Sequence record: DRR378314_128
DNA length: 36,533 nt
Direction: 5' to 3' (one strand)
Below are positions 1 to 6,969 of the stretch, piece after piece (positions within the stretch are counted from its first letter, which is position 1; each line of letters begins with the position of its first letter). The notes beneath the pieces were generated by a model, which was not told where the DNA came from, did no database searches, and was given only the letters and a program-made list of their open reading frames with translations. Position numbers and translations under genes: made by a program.

Positions 1-1
1 A

Positions 2-2887
2 CAGGCGTGGGAATACGCCATGAACGCCCGCGGCGTGAAATGGGTTCTGGTGTCCAACTACATCGAACTGCGCCTCTACGGTTTTGGGGAAGGCACCTCG
101 GCGTATGAAGTCTTTCGCCTCGACAAGCTGACCGACCCGGATGAGTACGCCCGCTTTATGCTCCTGCTCTCGGCGGAAAATCTTCTGTCGGGTCGAACGC
201 TTGACCTGCTCAAGGAAAGCCGTCGCGAAGACAAGGACATCACAGACAAGCTGTACCAGGACTATAAGGACCTGCGGTTTAAACTGCTCCACGCCGTGCA
301 AGAGGCGGATAAGTCCATCGACGCGCTCGACGCGATTGCCCTTGCGCAGAAGATCCTCGACCGCGTGCTCTTCATCGCCTTTGCTGAAGACACCGGCCTT
401 CTGCCCGACAACACGCTCAGTGACGCGTTCTCGCACGTCGATCCGTACAACCCGCGCCCGGTTTGGGAGAATTTCAAGGGTCTCTTCCGCGCCATCGATG
501 CGGGCCGCAATGAGGTCAGGGATGCAGAAGGTAAGGTTCTGGTCCCAGCAATCCCGCGCTACAATGGCGGGCTGTTCCGCACGGACGAAACTATCGACGG
601 CCTCACCCTGCCAGACGCCATCTGCGAAGGCTTCAAGACGCTGGGCGAATATGACTTCGCCTCCGAAGTCTCTGTCACCGTTCTCGGCCACATCTTCGAA
701 CAATCCATCGCTGACGTAGAGCGCCTGCAAGCCATCGCGCGGGGCGAAGAGGAAGAGCCGGAAAAGACCAGCGGAACCAGTGGGCGGCGCAAACGCGACG
801 GGGTGGTCTACACGCCGGACTACATCGCGCGGTTCATTGTGGTCGAAACCCTTGGCGCGCACCTCAAGGAAGCCTTCGAAACCATCCTCCGCGATCACGC
901 CAAGAAGGGAGCGGACATCTCCAACTATGCCGCCATCCCGTGGCGCAGGAAATCGGCCGAGCTGGAAGCCTGGCGGGCCTACCGCGACCGGATCAAGACG
1001 CTGCGCATCGTCGATCCGGCGTGCGGCTCGGGCGTATTCCTCATCATGGCTTTCGACTTCCTCAAGGCCGAACTGTCTCGCGTGAATGACAAGATTGCCG
1101 AGCTGGAAGGCAAGGATCAGCATATCCAGGACCTTCTCGATCCGGATAGCGAAATCCTGTCGAACAACCTCTTCGGCGTTGATGTGAACGCGGAAAGCGT
1201 CGAGATAACCAAGCTGTCGCTTTGGATCAAGACAGCGCGGCGCGGCAAGGTGCTGGACAGCCTTTCGGGCAGTATCCGTGTGGGCGATAGCCTGATCGAG
1301 GACAGCAACTTCGCCTATCTCGATCATGCCTTCACCTGGGAAACAGCGTTCCCTGACGTCTTTGCCGAGGGCGGCTTTGACGTAGTGCTGGGCAACCCGC
1401 CCTATGTGCGCCAAGAGCTTATCTCAGACCTCAAGCCATATCTTCAAAGGCGCTTTGAAAGCTACCATGGTGTGGCCGACCTGTTTTGCTACTTCTACGA
1501 GCGGGGACTCCGTCTGCTAAAACCGGGCGGTCGTTTGGGCTACATTTCTTCGAACACCTTCTTCAAGACAGGTTCGGGCAAACCATTGCGTGAATACCTG
1601 TTGAAGGATGCGACGATTGAAGGCGCGGTCGATTTCGGTGACCTGCAGGTCTTTGAGGGTGTGACAACCTATCCCGCTATCCTTGTTCTGAAGAACCGGA
1701 CTGCCGCCAAGGACCATGAGTTGCGATTCTGGAAAGTTGACGCTCTGCCGGAAACAAACTTCATCGCTAGTTGGGAAGCGGCCCAGGGTCCTTACCCACA
1801 ATCAGCGCTTGAAGCCGGGTCTTGGGAGCTAGAAAATCCCGCTCTGCGCGCCTTGCGAGACAAGGTCAGGAATGGTCGCAAAACAATAAAAGAGGTTTAT
1901 GGATCGCCGCTCTATGGGATCAAAACGGGGCTGAATACAGCCTTCGTGATCGACACTGGTACCAAAGACCGCCTCTGTACCGAGGACCCCAATTCTGCCG
2001 AGCTGATTAAACCGTTCTTGGAAGGCAAAGACTTGAAGAGGTGGCGAGCCGAACCTCGCGATCTCTGGTTGATCTTCACAAGGCGAGGAACGGATATTGA
2101 AGCCTTTCCTGCGATCAAGGCCCACTTAGAAACTAAGCGGGACGCCCTTGAGCCAAAGCCGAAAGATTGGAAGCCACAGGACAGCAAAGACAAATGGCCG
2201 GGCCGTAAAGCAGGTAGCTACAAGTGGTTCGAAATTCAGGACACCGTGGATTATCACGAACAGTTCCCGAGGCCTAAGGTTCTATACCCTGAGTTTTGCG
2301 ATAAACCTCAATTCCAACTCAACGAGTCCCATTACTTCAACAACAAATGCTATTTTGTTCCCACATCAGACACTTGGCTTGCAGCCTACTTAAACTCTAG
2401 ACTCGGTTGGTTTGTGGTTACTGAACGGACTGTGCCCGTCCGTGGTGGCTTCCATCAAATGCACTCCCAGTTCATCGAACAGGTTGTGCTGCCGGATGTG
2501 TCTAATGCCGATCAGGACAAACTCGGAGAATTGGCCGCTGATTGTCAGCGCCTCGCGTCGAAACGCTTAAAGCTCCAAACCGCCCTCACCCGCCGCATTC
2601 CCGACCTCTGCCCGCCAGAGCGCGAGCCAAAGCTCAACACCAAGCTCAAGGAATGGTGGACCCTGTCAGACTTCGCCGCCTTCCGTGCTGAGGTGAAGAA
2701 GGCCTTCAAGGCCGATATCCCGCTTTCCGAACGCTCTGACTGGGAAGATTGGATCACCCGCGACCGCGCCGAAATCGCACGCCTCACCGCCGAAATCGCG
2801 CAAGCCGAAGCTAAGATCGACGGCATCGTCTACGACCTCTTCGACCTCACCCCCGACGAAATCGCCCTTCTGGAAAGCGTGGTGTGA
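2..2887 (+). CDS. Type IIG (Eco57I-like) restriction-modification fusion, N6-adenine methyltransferase with TaqI-C-like TRD; 5' truncated by the window edge
   Basis: The frame is open from base 2 (QAWEYAMNARGVKWVLVSN..LRLY, tail of the nuclease domain). It contains motif X (GVVYTP), motif I (IVDPACGSG), motif IV (FDVVLGNPPY) and a C-terminal TRD (GIKTG, PFLEGKDLKRW, WFEIQD). Confidence 0.92.
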   Translation, partial: QAWEYAMNARGVKWVLVSNYIELRLYGFGEGTSAYEVFRLDKLTDPDEYARFMLLLSAENLLSGRTLDLLKESRREDKDITDKLYQDYKDLRFKLLHAVQEADKSIDALDAIALAQKILDRVLFIAFAEDTGLLPDNTLSDAFSHVDPYNPRPVWENFKGLFRAIDAGRNEVRDAEGKVLVPAIPRYNGGLFRTDETIDGLTLPDAICEGFKTLGEYDFASEVSVTVLGHIFEQSIADVERLQAIARGEEEEPEKTSGTSGRRKRDGVVYTPDYIARFIVVETLGAHLKEAFETILRDHAKKGADISNYAAIPWRRKSAELEAWRAYRDRIKTLRIVDPACGSGVFLIMAFDFLKAELSRVNDKIAELEGKDQHIQDLLDPDSEILSNNLFGVDVNAESVEITKLSLWIKTARRGKVLDSLSGSIRVGDSLIEDSNFAYLDHAFTWETAFPDVFAEGGFDVVLGNPPYVRQELISDLKPYLQRRFESYHGVADLFCYFYERGLRLLKPGGRLGYISSNTFFKTGSGKPLREYLLKDATIEGAVDFGDLQVFEGVTTYPAILVLKNRTAAKDHELRFWKVDALPETNFIASWEAAQGPYPQSALEAGSWELENPALRALRDKVRNGRKTIKEVYGSPLYGIKTGLNTAFVIDTGTKDRLCTEDPNSAELIKPFLEGKDLKRWRAEPRDLWLIFTRRGTDIEAFPAIKAHLETKRDALEPKPKDWKPQDSKDKWPGRKAGSYKWFEIQDTVDYHEQFPRPKVLYPEFCDKPQFQLNESHYFNNKCYFVPTSDTWLAAYLNSRLGWFVVTERTVPVRGGFHQMHSQFIEQVVLPDVSNADQDKLGELAADCQRLASKRLKLQTALTRRIPDLCPPEREPKLNTKLKEWWTLSDFAAFRAEVKKAFKADIPLSERSDWEDWITRDRAEIARLTAEIAQAEAKIDGIVYDLFDLTPDEIALLESVV

Positions 2888-2888
2888 C

Positions 2889-3827
2889 ATGAGTGCGGGG
2901 CTGCCCAATGGGCGCAACATGTGGATACGCGCCTTTTATGGCTTCGATCCTGAACTGGACGGCTATGTCGGATGGACGAATGAAAGTGGTCAGACACGTG
3001 CCCTACGTGAACTGAACGACGGCGATCTGATGATGATTTACGGCGCAGCTTCAGGCAACACCAAGAAGTACATGCGGTCGCATATCCTCGGGTTTGTCGA
3101 GATCGAGGCACGCCCGATACGCGATCACGAAAAGGCGTCTAAAGCTTCGCTTGAGGCCAAAAGAGAAAGAGGCAACGGCGAAAAGTGGACCTATGGCCTT
3201 CCCGTGCGTCGCGCATGGCGTGCGCTCGACAAGATGTCGATCGAGCGCATCGCGCCCGACACTTACGACAAGGACGCGGGCCAAGGCATCGGCGTCTGGG
3301 GGCGCGCGCTGACGCCTGCAGAGATCGACACAGCGCTGAAGATCAAGGTGACCGAGGTCAACGTATTCAGCGAAGAGCCAGTCGGGGATAGCGGTCTGAC
3401 CGACACACCGTTTAAGGAAGAGTTCTTTCCGTCAAAGGCGTTTCCGGGGTCGAGTGGCCAGCGTACCTCCACCTACACAGATGGCGAGACGTTCCTTTAC
3501 CTCGCGAAATTCGATGGCGACGGTGCTGCGCTATTGGGGCGCGCCCAGTCTTTTGGCAGTAAGTCGGTCGCACTGAAGATCGGCGTCTCGAACGATCCGG
3601 CGTCGCGGTCTGACCAGTTAAACGCGGGAATTCCACCCGCTGCGAAGGGGCGGTGGCGGATCGAACTTCAGGCCCCGTTTGCTGATCGGAAAGCGGCTGA
3701 AGCGGCTGAGCAATTGTTCAAGGATAAATCCGGCAAGCTGAAAAGTCTGGGCGGGGAGTTCTTCTGGGGCGATAGTATGGACGCCGTCCTGTTGTTTTCA
3801 TCGATCCCAGGTGTGTCGCGGTTTTGA
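2889..3827 (+). CDS. Putative nuclease: N-terminal PUA/EVE-like domain plus C-terminal GIY-YIG (T5orf172/MUG113-like) domain
   Basis: C-terminal FLYL...LKIGVSNDPASRSDQLN...AEAAE...GGEFF matches the T5orf172-type GIY-YIG pattern. N-terminal W..GW..L.DGDLMMIY...ILGFVEI...LTPAE resembles the EVE/PUA pattern (by eye). Starts 1 bp after the RM stop. Confidence 0.7.
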   Translation: MSAGLPNGRNMWIRAFYGFDPELDGYVGWTNESGQTRALRELNDGDLMMIYGAASGNTKKYMRSHILGFVEIEARPIRDHEKASKASLEAKRERGNGEKWTYGLPVRRAWRALDKMSIERIAPDTYDKDAGQGIGVWGRALTPAEIDTALKIKVTEVNVFSEEPVGDSGLTDTPFKEEFFPSKAFPGSSGQRTSTYTDGETFLYLAKFDGDGAALLGRAQSFGSKSVALKIGVSNDPASRSDQLNAGIPPAAKGRWRIELQAPFADRKAAEAAEQLFKDKSGKLKSLGGEFFWGDSMDAVLLFSSIPGVSRF

Positions 3828-3840
3828 ATGAGGGATTTTG

Positions 3841-4746
3841 ATGAGACGATTTGAAATTGATGCAGAGACGCTCCCAGACCTTCCCGGAATGATGCTTGTC
3901 ACGGTCGAGGCGTTGAAAGACCTCGGCGGGTCCGCGACGATCCAGGAGCTCGATGAGAAGGTGATCGAGCTGGAAGGCGTGACAGAGGCCGAACAGGCTT
4001 TCACCATGCCGCGCGATGAGAATCGGACGCGGGTGAATTACTACTTGGCCTGGGCGCGAACCTATCTGAAGCGCGGAGATGCACTGAACAACTCCAAACG
4101 CGGGGTCTGGGCTTTGACGGAGACAGGGTCCGCGATCTCGGACCTTAGCGCGACACAAGCGATCTATGATCAGGTGACGCAGGAAGAGCGTGAGCGCGCG
4201 CGCCTGAAGCGTCTGGCCGCCAAGAAGGCTGATTCGGACAGGGGCGAAGAGATCGAGGTCATGGCTGACGATGGCCCGACTGATGAGGAAGACTGGAAAT
4301 CGGCACTGCTGGCTGTGTTGGGCAAGATGACCCCAGACGGGTTCGAACGCCTCGCGCAGCGACTCATGCGTGAGGCGGGTTTCACGAAAGTCGAAGTGCG
4401 CGGCAAGTCGGGCGACGGCGGGATCGACGGTGTCGGCGTGCTACGCGTGAACCTCGTGTCGTTCCAGGTCTACTTTCAGTGCAAGCGCTGGAAGGGCAGC
4501 GTTGGCTCCAAGGAAATCCGAGACTTTCGGGGAGCCCTGCAGGGCCGCGCTGACAAAGGGCTTTTCATCACCACTGGGCATTTCACTAGCCAAGCCTCGG
4601 ATGAAGCCACGCGCGACGGCGCGATTGCGATTGATCTCATCGACGGTGATCGGCTCTGCGAGTTGTTGAAGGAAAATCGGTTGGGTGTAGCAACTGAGAT
4701 GATTGAGAGGATTCAAATTCACCCAGATTGGTTTGAAGGAATTTAA
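3841..4746 (+). CDS. mrr: Mrr-family modification-dependent (type IV) restriction endonuclease
   Basis: Mrr_N wHTH (LAWARTYLKR...SKRGVWALT) and Mrr_cat (FERL...SGDGGIDG...FQCKRW...IRDFRGAL...GLFITT...IDLIDG). GAGGG RBS before the ATG at 3841. Confidence 0.93.
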   Translation: MRRFEIDAETLPDLPGMMLVTVEALKDLGGSATIQELDEKVIELEGVTEAEQAFTMPRDENRTRVNYYLAWARTYLKRGDALNNSKRGVWALTETGSAISDLSATQAIYDQVTQEERERARLKRLAAKKADSDRGEEIEVMADDGPTDEEDWKSALLAVLGKMTPDGFERLAQRLMREAGFTKVEVRGKSGDGGIDGVGVLRVNLVSFQVYFQCKRWKGSVGSKEIRDFRGALQGRADKGLFITTGHFTSQASDEATRDGAIAIDLIDGDRLCELLKENRLGVATEMIERIQIHPDWFEGI

Positions 4747-4980
4747 TGCGATTGATGCAGCGGCTTGAGATCATCCGAGCTTGGGCGCGAGATCATCGGC
4801 GTTTATGGCTCAGATTATTTGAATCTCAAAGTCGCCACACGCTCACAATAATTGCGATTGGCGCAGATTATCAGAGACAAGCACAACTCACCGAGACTGA
4901 GCATATCATATCGGGCTTGTGGTCCGAGAACGACTGTTCGTACACTCTGTGCTATCCCTTTGCCGTCCGGGAGAAACAAA

Positions 4981-5382
4981 ATGGCCGACCAGTTCTACCA
5001 GCCTCAACTCGTCGAATGCACCGCAGGATGTGGTCAAGTTGTCTCGGTAGATGCCAAATCATGCCCGAACTGCGGCGATCCTGACCCGGCAAGAATTGGT
5101 GGAATGACGGAAGCAGAGATAGCTTGGCAGAACACTCCTGCAGTTCAGGAAAAGCTAAGAGAAGATCGAGAACGCCGGGAAGCTGAATGGCGACGGTCCG
5201 AGGAAAAGAGGCTTTCCGACAAGAGATTCAATCGATGGTTTCAGATAGTTTGTGGCGGTGTTCTGGCAGGCTGTATCATTACCATTTATCGAGCTGAAAG
5301 CTTGGCCAGCGTTGCTATTTCATTGGTCGTCGGTTTTTTTATGATTCAAGGACTGCTAAACTCGAGTGATAACGACGACTAG
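4981..5382 (+). CDS. Hypothetical protein: zinc ribbon, charged coiled coil and two C-terminal transmembrane helices
   Basis: GGAGA RBS before the ATG at 4981. CTAGC...CPNC motif, E/R-rich helix, and two hydrophobic segments (WFQIVCGGVLAGCIITIY; LASVAISLVVGFFMIQGLL). Confidence 0.7.
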   Translation: MADQFYQPQLVECTAGCGQVVSVDAKSCPNCGDPDPARIGGMTEAEIAWQNTPAVQEKLREDRERREAEWRRSEEKRLSDKRFNRWFQIVCGGVLAGCIITIYRAESLASVAISLVVGFFMIQGLLNSSDNDD

Positions 5383-5415
5383 TTGATCGTGAACTTAGTT
5401 TTTTCGTAGTCTCGC

Positions 5416-5446
5416 AAAAAAGGAAGGAGCCAATTCAGCTCCCTCC
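5416..5446 (-). terminator. Intrinsic terminator, minus strand
   Basis: Minus strand reads GGAGGGAGC-TGAATTG-GCTCCTTCC-TTTTTT: a 9-bp stem with one G:U pair followed by a U-tract. Confidence 0.8.
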
Positions 5447-5545
5447 AAGTTCACGCAGCGTCACTCATTAAGCAAATCCTCAAACGTCCTGCGCTTTAGA
5501 CAAGGGCGCGTAGGTTTCATTGTGTGGAATCTTTGCAGTGCGAAA
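5416..5545 (-). ncRNA. Candidate ~130-nt ncRNA or structured 3' UTR downstream of the Abi-like gene
   Basis: Minus-strand TTGCAT-N16-CACAAT at 5578-5551, an internal hairpin (CCTACGCGCCCTT-GTCT-AAAGCGCAGG) and the terminator at 5446-5416. Confidence 0.35.
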
Positions 5546-5586
5546 TGCGGATTGTGAAACCGAACTACCGAAATGCAACGACATGA

Positions 5587-6360
5587 TCATGTCAGCGTGT
5601 GCCAAGCTTCCACGAAGCTTTCGTAGTCCATCCGCATCCTAAGATAGTGAACTCTGGAAAACCTCTTAAAACTAGTATCGTCTTCGCTTTTTCGAGCGCC
5701 CAATGAGTTTCGTATGAACTCAAGCGCTTGTATGGCCTCCGTTAGGCGCTGCCCATACACAGGCTCATGATGAGCAACTCGGTTGCGAACCGCATATATC
5801 ACTTCAAGTGATTTCGAAATATCACTTCTTTTCAGAGCTTTATTTGGAAAAACTTTCTTTATCGAAGGTTTCCAAAGTTCATCATCATAATCGCTGGAAT
5901 AGAGTCGTTTCCAGAATGAGAACGTTGTTTGTGAAATTATTTGCCCGTGCGATACGACGAACAATGCTTGACGTTTTTTTACTGCAGATTTGTGGCTTGT
6001 GCCTGAAGGTACGCCACCGGGGAATGCGAAAGCGTCGAGGTAGGATTTCTCCTTGTAACTCAATTTGGCATAGGCCGCTTTTTGCGCGTGGTTAATGGCG
6101 CTGCTGATAGCATTTCGTTCAAAAGGCTTTAGGGGCAATGTCGTGTGACCCGGCAGCAGCCAATCATCATCCCCAAAATCATCGATCAAGCGTTGGTTTG
6201 TGCTGTTGCGCAAGGAAAGTTCTAACAGCGCAATCATTGACATTAGTGATGAACCAAGCTGAAGGGTGTGATTGTGCAGTGCAATCGCCTTTTTCTGCCT
6301 ATCGGTATGATTTTCATACGTTTTAAGCCGTTCGGCAGAGATGAAGTCTACTACGTCCAT
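5587..6360 (-). CDS. Abi-like (AbiD/AbiF, Abi_2-type) HEPN ribonuclease
   Basis: IS.ERL..Y N-terminus, LELSLRN, TFSFW..L and the HEPN RxxxxH motif RNRVAHHEP. AT-richer than the element backbone. Confidence 0.82.
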   Translation of the reverse strand: MDVVDFISAERLKTYENHTDRQKKAIALHNHTLQLGSSLMSMIALLELSLRNSTNQRLIDDFGDDDWLLPGHTTLPLKPFERNAISSAINHAQKAAYAKLSYKEKSYLDAFAFPGGVPSGTSHKSAVKKRQALFVVSHGQIISQTTFSFWKRLYSSDYDDELWKPSIKKVFPNKALKRSDISKSLEVIYAVRNRVAHHEPVYGQRLTEAIQALEFIRNSLGARKSEDDTSFKRFSRVHYLRMRMDYESFVEAWHTLT

Positions 6361-6383
6361 AAAGTCACCAAATGAATATCCCC

Positions 6384-6412
6384 TTGAATATCGGTGGATG
6401 TCACGCTATGTC
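6384..6412 (+). promoter_or_regulatory. Putative sigma70 promoter divergent from the Abi-like gene
   Basis: TTGAAT-N17-TATGTC (GCTATG context). Overlaps a TGAATATC direct repeat (6373-6380, 6385-6392). Confidence 0.45.
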
Positions 6413-6417
6413 CAGAG

Positions 6418-6522
6418 TTGAAAGGCCGGGGATTAGGTCGGCAGCGCCGCGAAAGCAGTGACGGACCCCCCGCCTATTGAAGAGAGGTTCACTTACATAT
6501 GTAGGTGAACCTCTTTCTTTTT
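6418..6522 (+). ncRNA. Candidate ~105-nt structured ncRNA, possible RNA antitoxin of the HEPN protein
   Basis: Nested stem AGGC/GCCT, GGGG/CCCC, GGTC/GACC capped by a GC-GAAA-GC tetraloop, then the near-perfect 32-nt hairpin AGAGGTTCACTTACATATGTAGGTGAACCTCT and a U-rich tract. The GNRA loop and G:U pairs favour the plus strand. Confidence 0.55.
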
Positions 6523-6663
6523 CGTCACACGAGAACAATGATCTGGTGGCAGTCAGTGTGACATCTTCCTTCGTGGTTGCCTTACATGCTTCGCACAAGG
6601 TGCATAGAGTTCGACCAGGCGAGGTCGGATCATGAGCTATACAAACGGTAAGGTTTGAAACGG

Positions 6664-6954
6664 TCAAGCGTTGGTATTCACTATCTGTCCCACCTCGATC
6701 GCCTTCGCATCCACATCCAACTCCCTAATCAAAAAACCTTTGTCGCCCCATTTTTGGATGTAGCGCATGTAGCCGTTGCCTTCCGCATCCATAAACAGAC
6801 AGCGAATGTCGCTGTAGTCTCCCCAAACACCTGCAATGGCGATCAACGGGACGCCCTGTGGCAAGCAACACACTTTCTCGAAGTCGCGATAGTCGATCCC
6901 GAAGTCGAGAGCTTGGTGAAAACTCATGGTGAAGCATTGGTGTGGAAACAGCAT
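6664..6954 (-). CDS. Hypothetical protein (96 aa) downstream of the relaxase
   Basis: GAAGGA RBS before the ATG; follows the relaxase stop by 15 bp on the same strand. Confidence 0.6.
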   Translation of the reverse strand: MLFPHQCFTMSFHQALDFGIDYRDFEKVCCLPQGVPLIAIAGVWGDYSDIRCLFMDAEGNGYMRYIQKWGDKGFLIRELDVDAKAIEVGQIVNTNA

Positions 6955-6969
6955 TGTTTTTCCTTCAGA

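Noticed and set aside
4928-4939. GAAC-N4-GTTC palindrome resembling an SOS box
   Set aside because: That is the Gram-positive LexA motif. Alphaproteobacterial LexA binds GTTC-N7-GTTC direct repeats, which I did not find here.
4746-5084. 112-aa ORF overlapping the mrr stop, and the TTG-extended start (4852) of the next ORF
   Set aside because: No recognisable motifs; it overlaps the better-supported gene starting at 4981, which has an RBS.
5461-5520. 19-codon minus-strand ORF (MKPTRPCLKRRTFEDLLNE) downstream of the Abi gene
   Set aside because: No RBS and not hydrophobic like a type I toxin; the region is better explained as structured RNA.
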